From assembly GCA_016213405.1 (NCBI GenBank), contig JACRAM010000012.1:3948-67947 (forward strand): a stretch of DNA of 64,000 nt, written 5' to 3'. The notes beneath the pieces were generated by a model. The model saw only the letters and a list, made by a program, of their open reading frames with translations. It had not been told where the DNA came from and ran no database searches. Origin of the DNA: Bacteroidota bacterium. Its GTDB lineage: Bacteria; Bacteroidota; Bacteroidia; Palsa-948. Position numbers and translations under genes: made by a program. This document shows positions 26,107 to 35,012 of the stretch, piece by piece; positions within the stretch are counted from its first letter, which is position 1, and every line of letters begins with the position of its first letter.

Positions 26107-26164
26107 ATCGGACCCCTGTTTCCAGGATGAAAACCTGGCGTACTAACCCCTATACGAACGGGCC
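26093..26164 (-). tRNA. tRNA-Glu (anticodon UUC)
   Basis: The reverse complement reads GGCCCGT TC GTATAGGGGTTAGTAC G CCAGG TTTTCAT CCTGG AAAC AGGGG TCCGATT CCCCT ACGGGCT A (72 nt). It folds as a cloverleaf with a 7-bp acceptor stem (G1-U72 wobble), 5-bp anticodon stem, 7-nt loop with TTC at positions 34-36, and a 5-bp T stem. CCA is not encoded. Confidence 0.9.
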
Positions 26165-26171
26165 ATTAAGA

Positions 26172-26206
26172 AATTTAGGATTATGGATTTGCGATTTAAG
26201 AATTAT
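26172..26206. repeat. Heptamer array H3 (aatttag gattatg gatttgc gatttaa gaattat)
   Basis: Five phased degenerate 7-bp units in the intergenic region immediately 5' of tRNA-Glu (minus strand). Confidence 0.6.
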
Positions 26207-26282
26207 ATTGCAAATACAAAATCTCTATAAAAGAACGGGTTGCAAAACTAAAAAAAATATCTTATGCAGTGGAAGAACCAGA

Positions 26283-26975
26283 TTACTCAATCTTGTCTGA
26301 ATCTGCCTGAAAACGGAAGCCGAGGCGCTTGCCTGTTTTAATGCGCATGTTTTCGCTGGTCTCCAGAATTTGTGAAACGCTTACTTCCTGCATTTCGTCA
26401 AAGGGAGGTGTGAAAAGATCGAAGTCGAGCGCGTAAATAATTGCTGACTCAACAATATTTTTCAATGCCTGTCGGTCTATAACCTTATTCGGAAAATCGT
26501 TGTAGAGAAAACCGAGCTGGCGTTTTCCTTCTACAAAATAATGCAGTTCGTTATTGATGAAGAGGCGGGCAATCATATAGCCCACATCGTTCACGCGGTT
26601 GTATTTGAATGAATCTGCCAAAAAATTATAGATGTATATCATTCCGCAAAAAGAGCGCGTTGGATGGTCGCGCACATAGGATGTTTTCCACATCGGGTGG
26701 CTTTTGTCAAACTCGAAAATATTTGTGTGCATGTGAAAGAACAACACATCGCCCGCCACTTTCAGTTCTATTTCATAGGGACCTTTTTCCCTGTAATCAA
26801 CGAGGATCCGCTTGTCGATTTTTTCGGCATCGCGTTTCAAATCAGCTACCACTTCTTTTATCACTTCTTTCATTTCTTCGAACACTTTTATGTTCTTATA
26901 AAAAACATCCTGCTTGAGAGAAGATTTTTCCTTCAGCACTTTCAGTATCAGTTCTTTGCCTGTTGGTTTTGACAT
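26283..26975 (-). CDS. Hypothetical protein
   Basis: ORF track gives 26283..27137. The internal Met (MSKPTGKELILKVLKEK) at 26975 is preferred because the longer form overlaps the divergent GH18 gene start. No motif was recognised. Confidence 0.6.
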   Translation of the reverse strand: MSKPTGKELILKVLKEKSSLKQDVFYKNIKVFEEMKEVIKEVVADLKRDAEKIDKRILVDYREKGPYEIELKVAGDVLFFHMHTNIFEFDKSHPMWKTSYVRDHPTRSFCGMIYIYNFLADSFKYNRVNDVGYMIARLFINNELHYFVEGKRQLGFLYNDFPNKVIDRQALKNIVESAIIYALDFDLFTPPFDEMQEVSVSQILETSENMRIKTGKRLGFRFQADSDKIE

Positions 26976-27060
26976 AACACAAAAATAAAGATTATTTCTA
27001 TCTTTACCCTGTTGGATATAAAAAAAATCCTGTACGGTTAACTGACACAAATTCCATATC

Positions 27061-29451
27061 ATGAAAAATCTTTCTACTTTATTCGTTCTTATTCTTGTGT
27101 CTGCAGTTTGTTTTTCACAGATAACACACAAGAGCATTCATCAGGAACAGTCGGAAACCTATTCAAAATATAATTTCACATCCGAAAAAGAATGGGATGC
27201 ATTACGAGTTGCTGAGAGCGAAAAATCTTCTGAACTTAAAAAAAATGAAACGCCTCAGATATGCACGCTGAACAAAAGAGTTTTCGGATGGAATCCTTAC
27301 TGGGCGGGAAGCGCGTATAACAATTACCGGTGGAATCTGCTTTCGGACCTCTGCCATTTTTCGTATGAAGTAGATGCCGCTACAGGTAACGCAATTTCCA
27401 CTCACGGATGGGCAACGGATGCTGCAGTGACCACAGCGAAAAACAACGGAGTGAAGATTCATCTGTGTGCAACACTATTTTCAAATCATGCTACCTTCCT
27501 GACAAACTCTACAGCAAAACAGACTTTCATTACCAATATGATAAATCTTATGCAGTCGCGCGGAGGGAACGGTGTGAATATAGATTTTGAAGCAGCGCCC
27601 GCTTCACAAAGCGCGAACATTACCGCTTTTATGATCGATCTATGCAATCAAATGCATGCTGCAAATCCAAACTATGAAGTTTCCATCGCCCTTCCATCCG
27701 TTGACTGGAGCGCGGTTTGGGATGTGAATGCCATGAAAAATTATGTTGACCTGTTCATCATCATGGGCTACGATTATTATTACAGCGGAAGCGCCACCGC
27801 AGGACCCTCTGACCCACTTTATAATTTTCAAACTTCTTATAACTATACGCATACAAAATCCATTTCATATTATTTAAACAAAGGTGTTCCGAATGCAAAA
27901 CTTTTGCTGGGGCTTCCTTATTATGGGGAAGAATGGCCGACCAGCGCTCTGACCATTCCATCTGCGACAACCGGAACCGGTTCTGCCCGTTTTTTTTACC
28001 AGGTTAAAGCAAATTCAAACGGATATTATTCCAACCCGCAATGGGATGCAAACAGTTATTCCGTTTACTACGCATTTAACAATGGAGGAAACCGGCAACT
28101 TTTCCTCAACAGCGGATATAGTCTGGGAAAAAGATTTGATGTTGTGAACCAATTTGGCATAGGAGGAATCGGCATCTGGGCGTTGAGTTATGATGACGGA
28201 TATACGGATTACTGGGATAAAATCAGAGATAAATTTTCTGACTGCGGAACAGTTGCCTGCGTGGATACTATTTTTGACATGGGCGGACCCAACCGAAATT
28301 ATTACGACAATGAAAAATATACTTACACCATTGCTCCAACAGGAGCAACTTCTGTTTCACTTGTGTTCAGTTCATTCAGCACAGAAGTAAATTATGATTC
28401 TCTTTGGATTTATGATGGCACTTCAACCGCTTCGCCTTTAATTGGAAGTTATACAGGAACAAATTCTCCTGGCACAATTAATTCAACAGGAGCAGCACTA
28501 ACACTTCGCTGGAAATCAGACGGGTCAACTGTTAACTCGGGATGGAAAGCTACCTGGAACTGCGCATCATCTCCACCGTCAAATCTTTCTGTCACGCAAA
28601 ATAATTGCCCGAGCATCGGAGTTGTACTCAACTGGAACAATTCCGGCAACGGATGGTTTGTGGATGTTACTGACGACCCGACTTTTACCAATTTCTGGAA
28701 CAAGGATGTTTCTTCGATTACTACAATCGGGTGTCCGGGCGGGTTTGCAAATATTAATGTGCCGACCAATTATCTGCAGTTCAAACCCAATACAATTTAC
28801 TATTGGAGAATATGGAATGGAAGCACCTATACAAACGGGACAAGTTTCACTACGCCAGTTTGTGCAACTACTGATACAGTCTGCTCAGGAACATTGGATG
28901 ATTCAGGAGGACCCTCTGCTTCCTATGGAGGGAATGAAGATTACACGTATACCATCGCGCCTGTGTTTGCCACTTCTGTTTCAATAAATTTTACAAGTTT
29001 TGATTTGGAAAATGGTTATGATTCTCTATACATTCATGATGGAACTTCAACTGCTTCTCCTTTGATTGGCGGATACACAGGCACAACTTCTCCGGGAACA
29101 ATCAATTCAACAGGTGGTGCACTCACCGTTCATTTTGTTTCTGATCCATTTGTGAACAATGCTGGATTTACTTCCACATGGACGTGTGTGCAGAATACAG
29201 GATTGGAACCGGTTATCGGCAATCAGTTGTCGGTGGAGGTTTATCCGAATCCTTCTCACGGGGAGTTTACTGTTTATGGTTTACGGTCTACGGTTGACTT
29301 AGAAGTGTATAATGTTCTTGGAGAAAGAATATTTTTCAAAACTACAAACAGCAAACAAGAAACTGTAAACTTGAGTGGAGCCAGTGGAATTTATTTTCTG
29401 AAATTAAAGAACGAACAGAGTGAAAAGATTTTAAAACTGGTGACAGAATAA
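27061..29451 (+). CDS. Secreted glycoside hydrolase family 18 (chitinase-like) protein with two CUB-like domains and a T9SS type A sorting domain
   Basis: A signal peptide is present. GGNGVNIDFE fits the GH18 D.D.E catalytic motif. Two copies of GGP...Y..NE.YTYTIAP..ATSV...F.SF..E..YDSL.I.DGTSTASPLIG.YTGT.SPGTINSTG.ALT look CUB-like. The C-terminus VYPNPSHGEFTV..LEVYNVLGERIF..GIYFLKLKN is a Por/T9SS sorting domain. Confidence 0.85.
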   Translation: MKNLSTLFVLILVSAVCFSQITHKSIHQEQSETYSKYNFTSEKEWDALRVAESEKSSELKKNETPQICTLNKRVFGWNPYWAGSAYNNYRWNLLSDLCHFSYEVDAATGNAISTHGWATDAAVTTAKNNGVKIHLCATLFSNHATFLTNSTAKQTFITNMINLMQSRGGNGVNIDFEAAPASQSANITAFMIDLCNQMHAANPNYEVSIALPSVDWSAVWDVNAMKNYVDLFIIMGYDYYYSGSATAGPSDPLYNFQTSYNYTHTKSISYYLNKGVPNAKLLLGLPYYGEEWPTSALTIPSATTGTGSARFFYQVKANSNGYYSNPQWDANSYSVYYAFNNGGNRQLFLNSGYSLGKRFDVVNQFGIGGIGIWALSYDDGYTDYWDKIRDKFSDCGTVACVDTIFDMGGPNRNYYDNEKYTYTIAPTGATSVSLVFSSFSTEVNYDSLWIYDGTSTASPLIGSYTGTNSPGTINSTGAALTLRWKSDGSTVNSGWKATWNCASSPPSNLSVTQNNCPSIGVVLNWNNSGNGWFVDVTDDPTFTNFWNKDVSSITTIGCPGGFANINVPTNYLQFKPNTIYYWRIWNGSTYTNGTSFTTPVCATTDTVCSGTLDDSGGPSASYGGNEDYTYTIAPVFATSVSINFTSFDLENGYDSLYIHDGTSTASPLIGGYTGTTSPGTINSTGGALTVHFVSDPFVNNAGFTSTWTCVQNTGLEPVIGNQLSVEVYPNPSHGEFTVYGLRSTVDLEVYNVLGERIFFKTTNSKQETVNLSGASGIYFLKLKNEQSEKILKLVTE
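29265..29299. repeat. Heptamer array H4 (gtttact gtttatg gtttacg gtctacg gttgact)
   Basis: Five phased units of the same unit family as H1. They encode FTVYGLRSTVD inside the T9SS sorting domain. Confidence 0.8.
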
Positions 29452-30168
29452 TTATTTTTTCTCTTTCTCTTCTTCATCAAACTTTAACTCCCCGAAGTTT
29501 TCCATCTGCCCTAAAATCCATTGCTGCCTCCTTCGCACATAAGGTGAAGGATTTTTTACAGAGAATTTTTTAGGAGCAGGGAGAACAGCCGCTAACAAAG
29601 CTGCCTGCTCACGCGATAACTTTTTCGCAGATATGTGGAAAAATTCCTGCGAGGCAGCTTCGGCTCCATACACTCCATCGCCAAACTCAATCACATTCAG
29701 GTAGGCTTTCATTATTCTTTCCTTGTTCCAGAAAAGTTCTATCATGAAAGTGAAATACACTTCAAATCCTTTTCGAATCCAGTTTCTGCCATCGTAGAGA
29801 AAAACATTTTTTGCCGTTTGCTGGCTGATGGTGCTGGCTCCGCGCTTGCGCTTGTGATTTTTGTTATGCTTCACAGCTTTTTCTATCGCGTCAAAATCAA
29901 AACCATTATGTTCCAAAAAATTCTGGTCTTCAGAACAAACAACTGCTAATAGGAGGTTGGGAGAAATTTCTTCCAACGAAACCCAATCTTTTTTCAGTTT
30001 TACCTCGCGCTTGCTGTCAAACATTTGCTCCACGCATTGCACCAACATGAAAGGCGTGTATGGAATCGGAATCCACCGGAATAAAATTACCGACACCACA
30101 CTGATGATGAAAAACCATTTCAGAAATCTGAGAAAGAAACGCCAGATTTTTTTCAGAAAATTTTTCAT
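29452..30168 (-). CDS. mtgA: Monofunctional biosynthetic peptidoglycan transglycosylase
   Basis: 238 aa with an N-terminal TM segment. GT51 motifs are present: CSEDQNFLEHNGFDFDAI, RGASTISQQTAKNVFL, KERIMKAYLNVIEFG. Confidence 0.9.
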   Translation of the reverse strand: MKNFLKKIWRFFLRFLKWFFIISVVSVILFRWIPIPYTPFMLVQCVEQMFDSKREVKLKKDWVSLEEISPNLLLAVVCSEDQNFLEHNGFDFDAIEKAVKHNKNHKRKRGASTISQQTAKNVFLYDGRNWIRKGFEVYFTFMIELFWNKERIMKAYLNVIEFGDGVYGAEAASQEFFHISAKKLSREQAALLAAVLPAPKKFSVKNPSPYVRRRQQWILGQMENFGELKFDEEEKEKK

Positions 30169-30204
30169 TAAAGAGATTGCTTCGCTCGCAATGACGAGTT
30201 ACAA

Positions 30205-31176
30205 TTAGTACTGAAATGTCGGACACTCGGCTGTGCGGTAATGCCCTCCCCCCTGATCGCTGCCGCCATAATAAGGGGAAGGAGAAAGCCCGACCATGAG
30301 TTCCTGCGAGTTTGCAAACCCAATCCGGTAAGGCGCAATGGTGTAATCGTAGGCAATGCCAATCACTAATTTATCATAGCGGAACTGCACGATGCCTGCA
30401 ACTGCATCAAGATGGCGGTAAGATATTCCTACAGCAAAATTTTTATTCAGATAAGCGAGCATATTGTAATCTGTCGATGGCAAAGAGGAGAAATTATATT
30501 TCAGATGAAGAGATTGCATAACAAGCAAATGAGGTCGCGCCCACCACTTGCGCGAAGCAGTAAAATAAAGATGAGGAGGAAGTTTTGCCGGAGAACCCAC
30601 CCTGTTTCCTCCCTGTTTCACTTTGTATTTGTACAATTGCTTTACTGACAAATCAAACGTCCATGTGCTGTTATAAAATTTCACGCCAGGAATAAAATCA
30701 GGATAAAGCCATAGGTTTTTGCTGTTGAGGGCAGGGTCATTAATGTCTGTTATTCGAAAACCATACCTTCTCACTCCTGCTGCCAGTCCAAATGCAATGT
30801 AGCCGAATCGCATCAGGCGCAAGTGGTATGTGTAAGAGCCATAAAAATCATCTGTCTTAATAATGTTTCCCATATTATCACCTTGCCAATAAGCACCTAC
30901 TCCGTGAAATCCACGGCTGAAACTTGCTTTCTTGCCAACAAGCATATTATAATTAAAAAAAGAAGTCGTGGGAGAATTTGGAAAACCCACCCATTGCCTC
31001 CGCACACCTGCAAGCACTTCAATTTTGTTGTTTGAAATTCCGCATGCAGCGGGGTTCAAGCCGTAATTGTTGAGCATGTATTGTGTGTACTGAGGAGTTT
31101 GCTGAGACATGGCACATGGCATATGACATATGGCATATGGCAAACAGCAAATAATAATAATTAATTTATACTTCAT
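30205..31176 (-). CDS. PorP/SprF family type IX secretion system membrane protein
   Basis: QQTPQYTQYMLNNYGLNPAACG is the family signature. The gene is directly downstream of a type-B CTD cargo gene. Confidence 0.9.
   Translation of the reverse strand: MKYKLIIIICCLPYAICHMPCAMSQQTPQYTQYMLNNYGLNPAACGISNNKIEVLAGVRRQWVGFPNSPTTSFFNYNMLVGKKASFSRGFHGVGAYWQGDNMGNIIKTDDFYGSYTYHLRLMRFGYIAFGLAAGVRRYGFRITDINDPALNSKNLWLYPDFIPGVKFYNSTWTFDLSVKQLYKYKVKQGGNRVGSPAKLPPHLYFTASRKWWARPHLLVMQSLHLKYNFSSLPSTDYNMLAYLNKNFAVGISYRHLDAVAGIVQFRYDKLVIGIAYDYTIAPYRIGFANSQELMVGLSPSPYYGGSDQGGGHYRTAECPTFQY
31107..31141. repeat. Heptamer array H5 (acatggc acatggc atatgac atatggc atatggc)
   Basis: Five phased units. On the minus strand they encode CLPYAICHMPCAMS of the PorP/SprF signal peptide. 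Confidence 0.85.
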
Positions 31177-31186
31177 GATTTCATTT

Positions 31187-31981
31187 TTATCTCATGATGG
31201 TTACGCTTCCGCTTTTAGAATTTTTTTGCTTGTCATCTTTTTCCTGATAAAAGAAATAATAATATACAGCAACAGGAACGGAAATGCCAAGATAACTTTT
31301 TCCATTCCATGGTTCATAGGTACCGCGTTGTTCATGAACGCGTGTTCCCCAACGGTCAAAAACAATCACATGGGCATTATCAAAATATTGTGCATTGGAA
31401 ATAAACCAAGTATCGTTAATTCCGTCCCCATTCGGAGTGAAGTACGGTTCAGGAGTTACAAAACATTCGGTTTCTGTAAGCGGGTAAGAATATGTAACAG
31501 AACAATTATTTGCATCAGTAACAACTACGGAATAAACTCCTTCTCCAATACTTGTGATGCTTTGATTTGTACTGCCTGTGCTCCATGAAAATTGATAAGG
31601 TGCAGTTCCTCCTATTGGAATGAGAACAATATGACCGTTACTTGTACAAAAGGGCGATTGAATGTCTGCATTGTCAGCAAAAGGTGTCGGACCTACTACA
31701 TAAGATGCTGTTGAACTGCTTCCTATATTATCAGTTACCGTAATAGAATAAGTTCCGGGAGAAATTCCTGTTATAGAAGAAGTTGTTTGCAAATCAGGAA
31801 GCCACTGATATGTATAAGGCGTTGTGCCTCCAGAAACAATAACAGATATGCTTCCATTTGATGAATCAGGACAGGTTGCATTTGTTACAGAGGGAGTAAT
31901 GGCTAATTGCGCTAAAGAAGAAATAGAACTAAGAATGATGAAACAGAAAACAAGAAATAAATATTTATTTAATGCACTCAT
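31187..31981 (-). CDS. Small T9SS type-B cargo protein (SprB-type repeats + gliding-motility C-terminal domain)
   Basis: It has a signal peptide and the SprB-type unit TCPDSSNGSISVIVSGGTTPYTYQW..GTYSITVTDN.G. The C-terminus reads YFTPNGDGINDTWFI..VFDRWGTRVH..WNGK. Confidence 0.85.
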   Translation of the reverse strand: MSALNKYLFLVFCFIILSSISSLAQLAITPSVTNATCPDSSNGSISVIVSGGTTPYTYQWLPDLQTTSSITGISPGTYSITVTDNIGSSSTASYVVGPTPFADNADIQSPFCTSNGHIVLIPIGGTAPYQFSWSTGSTNQSITSIGEGVYSVVVTDANNCSVTYSYPLTETECFVTPEPYFTPNGDGINDTWFISNAQYFDNAHVIVFDRWGTRVHEQRGTYEPWNGKSYLGISVPVAVYYYFFYQEKDDKQKNSKSGSVTIMR

Positions 31982-32703
31982 TTACAAAATATATTACTGA
32001 GTTCCTCCGCCTTGATGCTTCCTATTTCAATTGCCTTTTTTAAATCCTCGCAGGCGGATTGTTTTTCATTGTTCATGTATTTCACGGTTGCCATGCCGAT
32101 ATACGCTTCAATATGCTTTGGATTCAATTCAATTACTTTTTTATAATCATCAATTGCCTCGTAATAGCTTCCGCTCACATCCTGCCAGTAGGCGCGGCTG
32201 TAATACGCTTCAATATAATCAGGTTTTAATTTTATTGCTTCGGTTAAATCTTCCACAGCATCTGCGTAATCCGACATATAGGCCTCTGCAATGGCCCGGT
32301 TATAAAATGATTTTGGATTCGTAGGATTCAGTTCTATCGCTCGGCTTAAGTCTTTTACTGCTCCTATATAATCTTCATGTGATGCTTTTAGAATTCCTCT
32401 GAATGAATGTGCATCAGAATATTTCGGATTAATCTTTACTGCCTTGTTAAAATCGGAAGATGCATTTTTCATATCGCCTGTTTTGAGATACGCAAGTCCT
32501 CTCAAACAATAGGCACTGTCAAAATCGGCTTTCAGGGAAATTGCTTTAGAACAATCTTCAACCATTCCTTTGAAGTCCTTTACCTCTTCTTTCTGTTTGG
32601 CGGATTTTAAAAGAGAAGAAGGAGTATCCTGGGAAAAGGAAATTAAAAAAGAAAAAATAAAAAATAAAAATAGAAGAAATAATATTTTAAAAAAATATTT
32701 CAA
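31978..32703 (-). CDS. Tetratricopeptide repeat protein (secreted/lipoprotein-like)
   Basis: 241 aa with a signal peptide. Repeated ~34-aa A..D...AI.L.P....AY..RG units are present. Its stop overlaps the downstream gene start by 4 bp. Confidence 0.8.
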   Translation of the reverse strand: MKYFFKILFLLFLFFIFSFLISFSQDTPSSLLKSAKQKEEVKDFKGMVEDCSKAISLKADFDSAYCLRGLAYLKTGDMKNASSDFNKAVKINPKYSDAHSFRGILKASHEDYIGAVKDLSRAIELNPTNPKSFYNRAIAEAYMSDYADAVEDLTEAIKLKPDYIEAYYSRAYWQDVSGSYYEAIDDYKKVIELNPKHIEAYIGMATVKYMNNEKQSACEDLKKAIEIGSIKAEELSNIFCK

Positions 32704-32705
32704 GA

Positions 32706-34967
32706 TTATTTCAATAGATTTTCCAGCGAAATGTTGTATAAATTTTTTGCTTCTTCAACTTTCAGAAATATTTCTTCATCTATCACCATTTCATCTCCCA
32801 TCACCGTTCCGAGAGAACTGAAATCCACATCGCGTTCCATCATTTCATGAAGAAAATTGTCTTCATCTCCAGGACGAACCGTCACTACTATCCTGCTTTG
32901 CCCTTCTCCGAAAAGAAAAGCATCTGTGCGGATGGATTCATCGGTGCTGATGTCAAATCCGAACCCTGAGTAAATAGAGGATTCTGCAAGTGTGATAAAC
33001 AACCCACCATCAGAAATGTCGTGTGCTGATTGAATAAGATTTTTCTTTATCACTTCTTTCACAGCTTCTTGAACTTTGAATTCTTCCTCCAAATTAAAAT
33101 ATGGAGCCGGAGAAAGTTTCACTTTTTGGTAAGAATAAAGATATTCAGAACAGGAAATATTATCACGCATTTCTCCTATGAGATAAATCAAATCTCCTTC
33201 CTGCTTAAAGTCAAGAGTCATTTTATTTTTCTTGTCAAGTATTCCAAGCATTCCGATTACAGGCGTTGGAAAAACAGGTCCTTCATAAGACGACTGGTTA
33301 TAGAAACTTACATTTCCCCCAGTAACAGGAGTATTAAATTTTTTGCAAGCCTCTCCCATTCCTTTTATCACGCTCACAAACTGCCAAAATACTTCTGGGT
33401 TGTACGGGTTGCCGAAGTTCAAACAGTTTGTAATCGCAAGTGGTTCTCCGCCAGAACAGACAATATTTCTTGCCGCCTCTGAAACTGCTATGGCTGCGCC
33501 CATTTCAGGGTCGGCATAAACATATCTTGAATTGCAATCAACCTTAAACGCAAGCGCACATTCCGTTTCTTTCAAGTTAACAATCGCAGCATCAGATGGA
33601 GAATTGGTACTTTGATTCACCGTGCCTACCATCGAATCATACTGATGATACACCCAGCGCTTGGAACAAATATTCGGATGAGAAAGCAAAAACTTTCCTG
33701 CTTCTATTAAATCTTTTGGCTCATTAATTTTTTCTGCAGAAAACTTTTTCGCCTCGGAAAAATAAGCGGGTTCTTTTGATTCGCGCGAGTAAACAGGAGC
33801 TCCTCCACCAAGCACAAGCGACTCAGCAGGAACATCTGCAATTAACTCTCCATCCAGAAAATATTCTAACCTTTTTGTATCCGTAACAACTCCAATTACA
33901 GCGTAAGGAATATCCCATTTGTCAAGAATCTGCTCAACAATTTTTTCTTTTCCTTTCTTTGTTACCATCAGCATTCTTTCCTGCGATTCCGAGAGAAGAA
34001 TTTCCCATGCAGCCATATTTTGCTGGCGGAGCGGGACTTTGTCGAGATAAATTTTCATTCCATGTTCTCCTTTTGCCGACATTTCAGAAGTGGAGCAGGT
34101 AATTCCCGCAGCACCCATGTCCTGCATTCCGATGAGTGCACCTGTCTTCGCCACTTCAAGTGATGCTTCCAATAAAATTTTTTCCTGGAACGGATCTCCC
34201 ACTTGAACAGAAGGCAAGTCATCAGCAGAATTTTCTGTAATGTCTTTTGAAGCGAAAGCAGCACCGTGAATTCCATCCTTGCCTGTAGCGGATCCAACGA
34301 TGTAAATTTTATTGCCAACTCCATGCGATGTCGCAGAAACAGTTTCACCCACTTTAACAATTCCAGCACTCATCGCATTCACAAGAGGATTTACATTGTA
34401 GCATTCGTCAAAATAAACTTCCCCACCAACAGTAGGAATTCCAAAAGCATTTCCGTAATCACCAATCCCTTTCACAACACCTTTCACCAGCCACTTTGTT
34501 TTTTCGAGCTGTAAATCTCCGAAGCGCAAAGAATTTAATTGTGCAATCGGGCGCGCGCCCATGGTAAAAATATCGCGATTGATTCCTCCTACGCCAGTTG
34601 CCGCACCTTGATAGGGTTCAATCGCAGAAGGATGATTGTGTGATTCTATTTTGAACGCGCAGGCAAGCCCGTTTCCAATATCAACCAATCCAGCATTTTC
34701 CTCTCCTGCTTTTGCCAGCAAATTTTTGCCTTCACGCGGAAGTGTTTTCAGCCACTTAATAGAATTTTTGTAAGAGCAATGCTCACTCCACATCACGGAA
34801 TAAATACTGAGCTCCGTAAAATTTGGGTTTCTGCCAAGAACCTTTTTTATTTTTTCAAATTCTTCAGGTAGAAGTCCGAGTTCTTTTGCTGTTTCTACAG
34901 TTACTTCAATTTCTTTTTCTTTCACAAGTGCTGACATAGTTATTGATTCCAAAAATTGAAAAGCCAA
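32706..34967 (-). CDS. purL: Phosphoribosylformylglycinamidine synthase subunit PurL
   Basis: 753 aa. LGRNPNFTELSIYSVMWSEHCSYKNS, KIESHNHPSAIEPYQGAATGVGG and paired AIR-synthase-like domains are characteristic. The true start may be the Met 10 codons downstream. Confidence 0.95.
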   Translation of the reverse strand: MAFQFLESITMSALVKEKEIEVTVETAKELGLLPEEFEKIKKVLGRNPNFTELSIYSVMWSEHCSYKNSIKWLKTLPREGKNLLAKAGEENAGLVDIGNGLACAFKIESHNHPSAIEPYQGAATGVGGINRDIFTMGARPIAQLNSLRFGDLQLEKTKWLVKGVVKGIGDYGNAFGIPTVGGEVYFDECYNVNPLVNAMSAGIVKVGETVSATSHGVGNKIYIVGSATGKDGIHGAAFASKDITENSADDLPSVQVGDPFQEKILLEASLEVAKTGALIGMQDMGAAGITCSTSEMSAKGEHGMKIYLDKVPLRQQNMAAWEILLSESQERMLMVTKKGKEKIVEQILDKWDIPYAVIGVVTDTKRLEYFLDGELIADVPAESLVLGGGAPVYSRESKEPAYFSEAKKFSAEKINEPKDLIEAGKFLLSHPNICSKRWVYHQYDSMVGTVNQSTNSPSDAAIVNLKETECALAFKVDCNSRYVYADPEMGAAIAVSEAARNIVCSGGEPLAITNCLNFGNPYNPEVFWQFVSVIKGMGEACKKFNTPVTGGNVSFYNQSSYEGPVFPTPVIGMLGILDKKNKMTLDFKQEGDLIYLIGEMRDNISCSEYLYSYQKVKLSPAPYFNLEEEFKVQEAVKEVIKKNLIQSAHDISDGGLFITLAESSIYSGFGFDISTDESIRTDAFLFGEGQSRIVVTVRPGDEDNFLHEMMERDVDFSSLGTVMGDEMVIDEEIFLKVEEAKNLYNISLENLLK

Positions 34968-35012
34968 ATATAAAATTTTGGGAAATAAAACTTCACACCA
35001 GTTACTAACATA

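Noticed and set aside
30169-30204. attgc-ttcgctc-gcaat hairpin between the PorP/SprF stop and the mtgA start
   Set aside because: It has only a 5-bp stem with no following T-run. This is too weak to call a terminator or repeat element from one copy.
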